Under the pieces are notes generated by a model that was given only the letters and a program-made list of their open reading frames with translations, was not told the origin of the DNA and ran no database searches. DNA of 63,550 bases, the filler included, from Basidioascus undulatus (Eukaryota), in NCBI GenBank assembly GCA_000826855.1. It is 4 parts of 4 records of this genome, joined end to end, with 100 filler letters (N's around TTAATTAATTAA, not from the genome) between each part and the next. Parts side by side here need not be neighbours in the genome. Positions count along the whole stretch, not along the records: positions 1 to 13,869 come from JTLS01000778.1; 3 more parts are not named here. One strand, 5' to 3'. The translations under genes were made by a program, and so were the position numbers. Within the stretch, counting starts at the first letter, position 1. Every line of letters begins with the position of its first letter. Below are positions 1 through 12,487 of this stretch, one piece after another.

Positions 1-303
1 TCCCCCACCTCCCCACCCCTCACGTACTCCATCCCCATCAAGCTCACCACGCACGCGGACCGCCCGCTCCCCACGAGGTCCGCGCCTTACATGTACACCG
101 CGTCTTCCCTCGGCGCGGCGAGCAGCGCGATGCTCAGCCTCAGCCTCGTGGAGGGCGAGGACGAGGGCGAGGACGCGGGGAAAGTCCCTAGGAGATTGGT
201 GGATCTGGGCGGGGTCGATAGGGCGGGTGGAAGCGGGGACGATGGGGCGACACTGAGAGAGAGGGGAGAGGAGAGCCCGCACGAGGAGGGCCGAAGAATA
301 TGA
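1..303 (+). CDS. 3' end of an unidentified protein-coding gene, truncated at window start
   Basis: Open frame from position 1 to TGA at 301-303 with GC3-rich codons (...MYTASSLGAASSAMLSLSLVEGEDEGE...EEGRRI*); no recognisable domain. Confidence 0.4.
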   Translation, partial: SPTSPPLTYSIPIKLTTHADRPLPTRSAPYMYTASSLGAASSAMLSLSLVEGEDEGEDAGKVPRRLVDLGGVDRAGGSGDDGATLRERGEESPHEEGRRI

Positions 304-844
304 TTATCTTGATGCTATTGCAATCAGGGAATATGCGAAGTAGCTGTCTGCTTGGGTACTCAGGTAGCATCGCGCCAGCGTCGACCGCGAAACGGATCTC
401 GGAAGCGTTGTCTATGGCACTGTAGCTGCTCTGCTTATGAATCTTTCGCTTTTCGCCTGATTGCGTGTTGAACATGATTTCCCCGTTCAGAAGAGTCGCA
501 GCTCCGGTCGGTAGACGGTCCGCAGTGCCAGGAAAGTTGGATAACCCAAGCGAGGATCAAGAACTACGCGTCGCTGCAGCGGAGCTCGCAACGGCCTCAC
601 AGTGGAGCTCTCAAAAATCAGATTACAATTCTTAAGGTTTCATTACGCTAGTGTACATGAAGGCCGAAGACAGTCGTATCAAATACCGAAGACAGTCGGG
701 CGACACCGCTCAGGAAGATCGGGACAGCTCGTCACGACGTTCGCCTGGTCGAGCAGCTCAGGACTTTGGCGGCGCTGAAAGGTGGAGGAAGCCATCTCAG
801 CTTCAATCCTCCCATGGGTTAGAGAAAATGGGGTAGAGACGTAC

Positions 845-2093
845 GCGCATCTCGTGCTCGGCGATGACGTTCAAGTAGGTGGCAAGCATCTGGTCCTGCG
901 ACTGTGGCCGCCCCTGTTCAGTCGGCCTTCACCGTCCGCTTAGAACCTGGGCGAGGGGGGGCACCGAAAGGCTTACAGGAATATTAATTGCCTCGATTCC
1001 GATAGACGGGGTCGCCGCCGCCGGGAGTGCCGTCTGAGTGGCTGTAGCTGCCGCTTCGCCTGCCGTCGCGCTGCCAGCCAGAGTCGCGGCAGCCGTGTCG
1101 TTGACAGCGGCGCCGGTCGCCTCAGCGCCGGTAGCCTCCTCAGCAGCGTCCTCGTCCGTGGTTCAGCCAGCGGAGACGTAGCCTACCTGCTGGCCGTTCT
1201 CAACCCCCAGTCTGGTTGGCAGCCTATCCGCCCTACCATCAGCCTTATGAACCAAAGAAAAAAAATACAGCGAAGGACGCACCGTCTGCTCCCCCTCAAC
1301 GACCGCCCCATTCTGTCCAGCGACAGTCGTCTCGTTGTTGGCCTGAATTCGAGTGCCGTCAATCGTGGAGCTCAGTAATGTAGACTCGGGAAAGACGAAC
1401 CCCCTGCCCGGTGCGGTCGGCCTGGTTGCCGTTCCGATTGTTGGTTCGCTCGTTGTCCGTCTGCCCCTTGGCCCGCTGCGCGCCATCGTTCGTCTGCTTG
1501 TTGCCCTGCTGCTCGCCGTTCGTCTGCCTGTTGGTCCGCTGGCCGTCGTCTGCCTGCTCGGCGTCGGACTCGTCCTCCGTCTGCTCGTCTCCGAGTCGTC
1601 GGCGGCATTCTGCCTGACTCGTATACAGTCAACTGCTTTCTTCAGTAACCAATTAGCCAACGACCGACAGACCTTGTTCTGGTTCCGCTTGTCGAGCTGT
1701 CACAGTCCCGCACGTCAGCCTCCGCGACCACAATAACCACGAAAGACAGACACGCGCGCGGCCAAAGATGGGGTTCGGCGAGAGTGAAGGAAGGCATGTC
1801 CATTCACCATATCAGTCCCTGTTTGATGTGAGAAGTTGTGGGAAAAACACGCACGGGAGACAGAGGACCGCAGCTCGAGAGGCTTGTCCGACCGACCGAC
1901 AAGAGCGCGCGAGTGAGCGCTGGTGCCTGCCGGTCCCCCACCCCTTCAAATTGAGCTCACTGGCCTGTGGGACAGCCTGGAAAGAAGGGAGACCTCGAGA
2001 CGTACCCGCAGCGTGAGGAGTCAGCGGGGGCGCATCGGCGGCCAGCGCGGCCACGAGGGAGAGGCCCGCGACGAGGGGAAGCTTGAACAGCAT
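845..2093 (-). CDS. Putative secreted N/Q/D- and T/A-rich protein, multi-exon, possibly pseudogenised; 3' end uncertain
   Basis: ATG at 2093 gives signal-peptide-like MLFKLPLVAGLSLVAALAA; GT-AG-bounded exons give LDKRNQNK, AECRRRLGDEQTEDESDAEQADDGQRTNRQTNGEQQGNKQ..., ANNETTVAGQNGAVVEGEQT, TTDEDAAEEATGAEATGAAVNDTAAA... and DQMLATYLNVIAEHEMR; apparent frame break and stop near 1163-1210. Confidence 0.5.
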
Positions 2094-3010
2094 GATCGAG
2101 GAGGTGGAGTGCGATCCGGAGCCCTGCTCGATCGAAATCAGCGTGAATGCTATTAAAGCGTGAACGCGACGAAGTAACGGAGGAGTCCAGCTGTCCGTCC
2201 GTCTCATCAGGCGGTTAGTATGCCAGCGCAGGGAGAAGAGCGAGTTCGGGGAGGGTGACAGACCTCCGGTATAAAAATGTGGCTGCAAGACTCAAAGAAG
2301 AGGATGGTGGTGAAGAGAAAGAGGCAACAGCGCTGCGCTACGCCTGCCTGTGCTTTTGTACAGAGGCAGCACGAAGTTCTGATCGTTTCGAAACATCTCG
2401 CTGAGTCCGATAGAAAGGAGAAAAGGCTGTGCCAGCGTTTGACGCTAGTGGGGACAATTTCTTGAGGCGGAAGCAGGTCGAGGAGGTCGTGGAGGTCGAG
2501 GTCGGGGCTGCGGCGCGCAAAGGAGTGAGGTCCGGGGTGATTTGCGCAACGGAAGATGAAACGCACGTTGCGCAGTGCGCGGTGAGCGCACAAGTGCTAC
2601 TCAGTCTCCTTACCAGATTCACTTTCGAGGACTGGTGTGTTTTGATGAAATCTTGTCGTGCCAGTGCAGAGGCTAAATCAGCTTGAAGCAGCGCGAAGGC
2701 TTCCAGGATCCAGCGTGCTGTGTTCCTCCTCCGCTGCAGCCTAAGCGTTCGTGCCGCTTTCATCCGCCCCTCCAACCGCGCGTGCATTCTCTCTCTCCCG
2801 CCCGATCTTACAAAGAAGTCCTCAGATCATATCCGACCCGAGTCACGCCAAGGCAAAACCTACCTGAAAAAGCTCCAGCGTCCCGTTTGCTCGCCTTTGT
2901 CCTTTATCTTCCCTCCTCACACCTCGGTTGCCACCCAGCTCCTCGCCCTCGCCCCCACCCATCACACAGCCCCTCATTTGAGCTTCCCATCCCCACAACA
3001 ACCTTAAGAA

Positions 3011-3468
3011 ATGGCGAGCCTACTCAACAAGATCGCTGGAAAGGAGTGCGTTTTGCCCTGATTCGATGCGCCCGCCGAGTCGCTTGCTCACGACGGCGGG
3101 ACTTTCGCAGCAAGGACGTGGGTCTGACTGCCGAAACCGCTTCTTATATCATTCTGCTCTTACTCACCCACAGCTCGGTGTCGACTTGCAGACTAAGCCC
3201 TCCGAGCCCGCTCACGCTGGCGACAAGCCGCGCGATGGGGCCGACGCCTCTGCGAAGTCGGGAGTCGGGAAGTGGGTTGACAAGGTCGGCCTTCCTTTCC
3301 TCTTCTTCTTCGGACCATACGAAGTAACCCCTAGTTCCCTCATCTCAGGTCAAGAGCCTCGGTACGTTTTTCCCCTCTCCATTGGGGGAAGTGCCGGGGC
3401 TGGCGCTGAGAGCGGCGGACTCCGATTCATGCTGATGATGTTGGGTGAGGATAGTCTCTACGAAGTAA
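3011..3468 (+). CDS. 53-aa hydrophilic microprotein, five exons
   Basis: Exons 3011-3045, 3111-3117, 3192-3284, 3349-3361, 3455-3468, all GT-AG, splice in frame to MASLLNKIAGKDKDTKPSEPAHAGDKPRDGADASAKSGVGKWVDKVKSLVSTK*. Confidence 0.65.
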
Positions 3469-4047
3469 TACTCCCATACGAGTATTATTAAAATGAGGTT
3501 ATATTTCGATTTTTCTGGGTTATCGAGGGGCTGAGGAGTTGAACGTCTCGCTAGCTTGGGTCGGGGTTGCCGTCGCTGTTGTCTACCGAATACTTTACTT
3601 TACACACTTTTCATCAATTCACATTGAGCAGCTTGGTCCGGCCTGACTATGAGGACCTTTCGATACCTCCTGCAGAGGGACATACGCCCAGGGACAGATG
3701 TATGCAGGCCGATTGGAGAAACGTTGAGAAGCCCAGGTGAATTGTCCTTGCTGCGTGAGCGCCAGCTAACAGCGATTTTCCTAGCTTGACTCCGAGGAAA
3801 AGCAAATAGGAAAGGAAATTATGATCAGCATTTTGCCCATCCGGCTCCTTTTCAACGTTCCTTTCGCTGTTCTTTGGAAAAGGCGGCCATTCACGACCGC
3901 AGTTATGCGTGCGTTCCTCTTCCCCTTCGACCACCACCACCCATCCCTTCCCTAGCCTCCATCCATTCTCAAGCTTGTCCGACTCTACCTTTATTCAATT
4001 CTTTCATCGAAAGTCTCTCGTCCACAGCGACTATCGAATACGCGCAG

Positions 4048-5932
4048 ATGTCGTCCATCTCCTCGTCCACGTGGTGCTCTTCGTCTTCCGAGCCCGACCT
4101 CGGGTCGTCCTCCTCAGAGACGGAGAGCTTCGAGTCGAGTGTGATTGAAGGATCTACGTCAAAGAAGGGGTTCGTCCATTGAGGATTGTCTAGCTGCACA
4201 AGACTCGTTCCTGACCCGGCGGCGATGTACTTTCTTAGGTCCTTTCAGGCTCCTCCCTCTCTGCCTCTCTCCGGGCCACCAAGCCCTTCCAGTCTCCTGG
4301 ATCTCCTGTGGGCATTGGTCTTCCCAAACTTCAGCCTGAGCCACGACTTCTGACATGCCCCTCGGTTTCCTCCCTGTTCCTTGCAATTGTCTTCCTGCCC
4401 TCGCAGCGACGCCCTCCCCTTCCCCGACGGCTACCCGCCGCGAAAGCCCCTACCCGTACTCCCCCCGGAGATCTGGCAGCGCATCTTCGACTTCGCTACC
4501 GCCGCTCCCCCGTGGCCGGCGTACGTCATGAACTACGCGCGGTATCACAAGGTGCGCGTCGCAGAGATCAAGCGGGAGGTCATGGTCGAGAAGGAGGTGA
4601 AGATGAGCCTCGCGAAAGGTACGTTTGACGGTCCAAGATCTCTCAACCCTGGGGAAATTTGGGAAGACTGATTTTGGGAGAGTTTTGAGCTCCAGTGTGT
4701 ATCTCGTGGAACGTCAGTCGCCGCCGGAGTCTTCAGTTTCACTCTCACAGCGCCCAGCCATCCCGCTGACTCTTCCACCGCCCCCCCTCGTCCAGGAAGC
4801 CTCAACGCGCCACCTGTACTCCGAGGTCCGCGTCAACTCCCTCTACTCAGCTGAAGCCCTCGCAGAGCGCGTATCCTTCCCGCTGCCGCACGCGCCAAAC
4901 CCGCCGGGGTTCTACCTGCGCTCGCTCGAGATCGCGACGCACGACCCGATCCACGACGTTCCGCAGGCGTCCCTGCCCGCATTCCCCCTCATCGACGCCG
5001 GTCTCGGCAACGGCCACGACCCGCTGCGTCTCGCGCTCGCGACCATCTTTGCCCACGCGCCCCGGCTCGAGCGCCTCGTGTGCTGGCCCAACACCCTCCT
5101 GGCGAGCCAGCGCATGCTCCGCTCGCTCGAACGCACCGTGGCGCCCAGCCTCAGGGAGCTCGGATATCTCGATGTCCATATGCACGCGCCCTGGCCGGTC
5201 AGGGCGCTCTGCCGCCTCCTCGAGGCCGCTGCCAACCTCGAGCGCCTGAGCCAGTTCGACACAGCCCCAGCGCAGCCGAGCGACCAAGTCCTCGCAGCCG
5301 CGAAGATCAAGGCTATGCCGAAACTGGCCCACCTGCAGCTCCTCACCGACGACGGTGACGGACTTCTCCTCGGCGCATTGGCTTCCGCAGCTCTTCCATC
5401 CCTCACCGAGGCCGCTCTCACCTTCTACGGTGGCCTTGGCGCGAACCTCGAGCGGTTCCTCGTATCCCACGGCCGAAACATCCTCTCCCTCTCCCTCTGT
5501 TGGGACAGCAGCTTTACCCCTCCCTCCACGCCCCTCCCCGACATTCTCCACCTCTGCCCTAACCTCCGGCACCTCACGCTCCGCTACCCGCTCTCCCCAT
5601 CCCCGATCCTCCTCGGAACAACGCACGGCCACCTGCGCGTGCTCACTCTCAACGCGCTCGATGTTCTCCCTTCGCTACGAACGGACCCCGGCGCGGAGGT
5701 GTCGAAGCTCGACGCGTTCCTGCGCGAGGTCGTCGACGCCCGCCGCATCCCCACGCTTAGGATCGTCCTTGTCAGGGCCAAGTGGTTGTCGTGGAGGGGC
5801 GCGGGGGAGGTCGCCAAGGACCTCGGGGTCTGGCTGAGAGAAAGGGGCGTGATGCTGCAGGACGCGAAGGGGAGGACGGGTCCGCTGCGGCGATTCAGGG
5901 TGCGTGCATTCTTTTCTCGGTGCTTTCTGTAG
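4048..5932 (+). CDS. F-box-like / RNI-LRR-like protein (exact start and last exon uncertain)
   Basis: F-box motif LPVLPPEIWQRIFDFA (about 4450-4500); after introns, RHLYSEVRV and leucine-rich repeats (APRLERL, LPSLTEAAL, CPNLRHLTL); C-terminal LRERGVMLQDAKG. Confidence 0.75.
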
Positions 5933-7136
5933 CGTGTCGTGCTGAAGCTGGATATATGGGATTCAGGTGAGCATTTGACACCCGCAGAGTTGGAGGGGGG
6001 GTACAGCTTCATAGTCTCTAGCGTTCAGCATTATCACACACAGCCTTTCGCATTCTTGCCCTTTTATTGCACAAAAACCACCCTGCATCGCAACCGTACT
6101 ATACCCCATCGCATCGCACTATTTCTTCGCACATTTTCTGTCACACCGAGTTCCACATTGAATTCGATTCTTTTCTTCAAGCTTGAGGCTGCGCGTGAAT
6201 CGAATTGCGAAGCAGCAGAGCCCCGGGCTACCTTCGGTTCCGTCAGTGCCCCTAGCTCTTGTATCCAGATGGTGTGTAGGGCCTCCTAATCAGTTAATCG
6301 TTGTACACGTTGTAAAGAAATATCCGTCATTATCAAACAAGACGGCTAATATCCGGGATGTTTGGTTCCTGCACCGCCCGTTACCTGGCCCACTGGCGGA
6401 AAACAGCGGAGTTCGGAGTGAGGGAGGATGTTTACAAAGCCAGAGTAATCTCTGCACTACCTTTGACTTCCATCATCTTGAAAATATTGGTCAGTCCGTG
6501 AAGAGCACGGACTGTTTGGCTGGAGCCTTGAACTGTTCATGTCGCACTATCATCTCGCAACCAGGTTGAAGTAGCGTCAGTTCCTGTATCCCCCGAGGGG
6601 TCCTGAAAGGAAGGATTTTCTTTTTGGATAGATTTTACTAAGACGCCCGGGCAGGTTAAATCCGCATTCAGCTTAACGGGGGCAAAGCAGTGTCGTCCTC
6701 TTCAAAGGAAGGGACATTTCCTCGTCAGTTGACGCTTCAAGGTGCTGCTACGAAACATGTGCAGTACTAGATGACTTTGATGCTTGAGTACTTTCGTATG
6801 GAACCTAGAGGACCCGAGGGATTGCCATTCTACAGCACTCATGCTTTGCGTCTTCTGCCGTCTCGATCCTTGGCCTGTACTGTGCACAGCGACAAGATAA
6901 GCCACCCGTCCATGACTCTGTGCGAGGAAAAAAAAGACACAAGAATCATAAAGAACCCAGATACTTTTTCTGCTGATCCACTTGATCTGGTGCGTCGGTG
7001 GTTCTCGCTGGTAGGGCCGCAGCAGGAAACAGCTACCCTAGAATCCAAAGACGGCTACGTGACTCTCTCGGCACAATTTCAGGCATCGGTACTTCTATAA
7101 TCATGATAATAGACGTCACCGCTCCAAGCCTCAAGG

Positions 7137-7628
7137 TCATCGACCATGCTCGACCTCCCGCTGGTGCTCGTCGTTGAGCTGCATCTCGCTCCGGACCACC
7201 ACCGCAGTAACCAGCGCAGTGCCCGCCGGGACCAACGCGACTCCGCGCACGTTAGGCCGAAACAAGTTCGCCTCTGCAAGTCGTGCAGCGTTGCGAAGTA
7301 CCGCCTGGTGCCGTACGAGGCCGTCGCGATGCCCGTGCCGATGAGGACGCCCGGCAGCTGCCCGGCGTCGGTGCCGGGGGACCCCGGAAGAAGTTTCGGT
7401 GGAGAGGAGACGGCGGGGGGCAGGGGTTGAGGCGGAACTTGCGAAACGAGGTCCTCGCAGGCGTTCGAAGCGCTGCACGCTGATGCCCAGCGCGATGAGG
7501 CCGAGCGCGGTTCCCATCCAGGCGAGGAAGGTCCGCTCGTTCGCGTGGTCGCGCGCTGTTGAGTCGGTGTTTTGGACACGTGGGTATCCCCAAATAAGGA
7601 GCTGGCCTAGGCGGTAGAGGGAGCTCAT
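7137..7628 (-). pseudogene. DUF202 (YidH/Vtc1-like) membrane protein, frameshifted
   Basis: NTDSTARDHANERTFLAWMGTALGLIALG matches the DUF202 signature (NTGSTARDHLANERTFLAW); second TM segment GVLIGTGIATASYGTRRYF is in another frame; third (FRPNVRGVALV) returns to the first frame. Confidence 0.7.
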
Positions 7629-8677
7629 GGAAAGGCAGGGCGGTAAGATGGCTCAACGAACGGGAGGGAGGACGCTCGCGATGATGAGTTGGCGTTGATG
7701 AGTGACACGTTCGTCCGCGCGACCCGGCTATTAAATCGGCTGGCTGATCGGGGGTCTTTTTTTGCAGCGCTGCACTCGACCCGGATGGCAAGGAACTCCT
7801 TAACCAGGTTGCCGATGAGCCATACGGCTAACCTCCCCTGTGCGGTTGTCCCTACCACAAGGAAAATGTTGCGGACACGGCCCGAACAACGCCGTGCTGC
7901 ACATCGACGATGGTTTCCCCCAGAGATGAGACTCCTCACCTGCAGCATAGTACACTCCGTGATTGAGAAGTACGGTTAGTGACAACGTAGCCATCATGAG
8001 AAGGACTTCCTTGACAGTTTCACTGAATGGACCGCATTCTGTTGTCACCTTCACCCTGCGGTGTTTCCAACGGATGCGCCCATTATTCGCAGAAGCTCAT
8101 TTTAATGCAATTCATTCCGCAATAATGAAATGGAGCAGCTAAGGGCCGTACACAAAGCGAAAATGAATAGGTCTAGGGACCCAAGAGCTTCTCGTGGCCA
8201 GCCATCACCGAAAGCCGGTGCCTGTCGCCTCGACGGGCCGGCTAGCACCTCAGCGATACTGTAGTGTAGAAGACAAGGTCTCGTATGCAGCCTCGACGGG
8301 CTGATTAGGCTACCTTTTCGGATTCGAATCAGGCTGACTGTGGATGAGGGTAGCGGATGAAGGCCCAGAAACAGATGGCAGTCGAGACCTTTTGAGGTCA
8401 GCGGCGTGCCCTGATGGGAAGGAGCAGAGTAGGGGCCAAGTGGAAGGCGGCTGCGGGAGTCGAGGGGTTTGGGACTGCGCATGTCAGAGTGGATGGGATA
8501 GGACGATGAACTGTGGCCAGGGTCTGCGATCGATCGATGGGGCAGCATGAAGGGCGAGGCGCGTTGAAGGCGATGCAGGCGAAAGATGTGTACGCTGAAA
8601 CCTCTGCCCCAGCATGACTCCGCGCATACCAGGCAGAGGGTATAAATAAATAAAAGTAGATCCGGTCAGAAGCAGCG

Positions 8678-9888
8678 TCAGATCAGCTTTGCCTTAACGA
8701 GCAGGCGCTCAAAGTCCAGCAGTCCGATACTCGCCCCGCCCGCATCGCTCGTCACCTCGCGCATCATCTCCTTCATCTGTCCGACCCCACCCGCGCACGA
8801 GCGTCCCGTCAGTGTCCCACCTAGACGAGCCAAGACGCCAGCACAAGGGAAGGAGAAGGAACGAGCAAGGGAGAGGGACAGACGACGCACCTCATCCTCC
8901 CCCAACCTCTCCCTCAAAACCTTAGCGACCCTCCTCATATCCGCAAGCGTGATCCTTGCGTGCGGGTCCTCCGCATCCGTCTCGGGGGGCAAGAACAGCG
9001 CGAACGTCTCGAGTGCCGCTTGGCGACGGTGGGGTGCGAGGGTGGGGCGTGGGCCGGCGCGGGTGGCTCGTCTGCGTGGACGGTCGGAGTCGGATGCGGA
9101 GGGGGAGGGCGCGGGGGAGGGGGAGAGCGAGAACCGGTCCCCTTCGTCCTCGCCTTCGGCGCGCCAGTCGTCGGCTTCCCCCGCAGACTCTGCACCAGAC
9201 AGTCCCTCATCCCGCTGCTCCACAAGCACAGCAGCGACAGCCGCGAAGTCGCGCCAGCTCACAGTCCCCTCCCGCTCCTGGTCTTCCCCCTCCTCAGAGC
9301 CGGAATGGTCGAGGCGGCCCCGCGCGCGCGAAGGCCCGCTCCACCCGGACGCGGCGTCCTGGAAGATGGAGAGCACTTCGGGGTCGGAGTCGTCTAGCCC
9401 GAGGAGCGCAAGTGCGCGTGGGATGAGGGAGAGCGGGAGGGGCGCAGGGGCGTCGAGAGAGGGGGAGGGGGGCGCAGCCGGGGGAGCAGCGGGAGAGACC
9501 TCCTCGTCTGCGATAAACCCCCCGCCGCCTGCATCTTCATCGTCCACCATGAACCCCCCACGGCCCGCCCCTTCGTCATTATCCACCATGAACCCACCCC
9601 CGGCGTCCACAGCCTCAAGCCGGTCCCCCTCCTCCTCCTGCTCAGCCCTCTTCCGCTTCTTCCCCCGCCCTTCCGCGGCCCCATCCCGCGCGAGATCAAA
9701 CGCCCGCCAAATCTCCGCGCGCTGGGAGGCATAGAGGCGCGCTAGGTCGTCGGTCGCTGGTTCTGCAGCGGAGGCGCGCGTGGAGGATCGGGTGCGCGTG
9801 GAGGAGCGGGTCTTTGGTGGCTGCGTGAGGAGGAGGAGGAGGAGGTCAGTATTTGGGGAAGGGAGGAGGGGAGAAAAGGACGGGCCAT
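8678..9888 (-). CDS. EF-hand/centrin-like protein, Rad33-like, with acidic GGGF repeats
   Basis: Long exon from 9820 (PPKTR...) with LPLSLIPRALALLGL, VSWRDFAAVAAVL, ETFALF, RITLADMRRVAKVLRERLGEDE; last exon MKEMMREV...IGLLDFERLLVKAKLI*; C-terminal half resembles a centrin EF-hand pair. Start codon inferred at 9888. Confidence 0.65.
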
Positions 9889-10612
9889 AATAGAAATCAG
9901 GGTGTGATCGGGACGAGAATAGCTGGAAGAAGGATGGGATGGTCGTGAAGGCGGAGGGAAGGGCTGAAGGCCAGCGAGATTGGGAAGGAGAATCTGACGT
10001 CAGCGAGATGAGGCGTCAGTGAGATTTATTTGGCGATCGCAGGCTCTCGTCGCAGCGTACGTACTGCCGTCGTTTCAACATCCCCTCGAGCTCCTCGTCC
10101 GCTCTTTCTGTTCCCCATCATAAACCCAGCCCTTCAAAATAGAATCTGCAAATCTTCCACAAGTACTATTATCGAAAGACAACACGGCGCCTGCAGGCGC
10201 TGTTTGTGGCCCTGACGGGTGGGCGGAAGCAAGCCAGCGCAAGGCGCCACGTCGTCGTGTCCGCGATATGCTAGTGCTAGTACTGACGCGCGCCTCGCAC
10301 GGCGCTGCAACCGCGCCGCTCGACCAGCCTGCCTTCCCTCCTCGACCGACACCCTCTTGCTCCTCCTCCTTGTTCTCCTCCACTTTGATCCCGCCGCAGC
10401 GCGCTCTCCCAAAATATCATCGAGCGAGCAGCTGAGCGATCAAGCTCACCACCCAACTTGACCTTCCACTTCCCAAGCTCGCACGAGTCCAGACACTCCC
10501 TCTCGTCCGTCCCGTCTCCGTGCCTCATTCTCATCCCAATATCCTAACACTCCCATCTTCGAATTCAAAGTTTCTTCTTTTACGTCCCATCCCCAACTCC
10601 TCATCGCCAGCC

Positions 10613-12321
<1,709 letters not shown>

Positions 12322-12401
12322 GCGCCTGCGCCTGCGTCTCTGCGCGGTACGGTGTGGTGGGAGGGGCAGAGAGTTGACGGGAGTTCGAGTGTGGGGTGGA
12401 A

Positions 12402-12487
12402 GGAGGGGGAAGGGGAGGAAAATGAAGTAATGGCTTGGGAAGGGAGGGGGAAGGGGAGGAAAATGAAGTAATGGCTTGGGAAGGGAG
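12402..12487 (+). repeat. 41-bp tandem duplication in ERV29 3' region
   Basis: GGAGGGGGAAGGGGAGGAAAATGAAGTAATGGCTTGGGAAG occurs twice head-to-tail (starts 12402 and 12443). Confidence 0.9.

Noticed and set aside
1163..1660. ORF with RR-delimited repeats (TASGPTGRR, TASSRATSRR) as a Kex2-processed peptide precursor
   Set aside because: Splice phases favour a different frame (N/Q/D-rich); the RR pattern is an off-frame reading of the repeat.
2207..2787. Protein-like fragments (DLLDLLPPQEIV...)
   Set aside because: Possibly another decayed gene, but no assignable motif or consistent frame.
7625..7948. NIFLVVGTTAQG resembling an NmrA/Rossmann start
   Set aside because: Isolated short match with no downstream domain.
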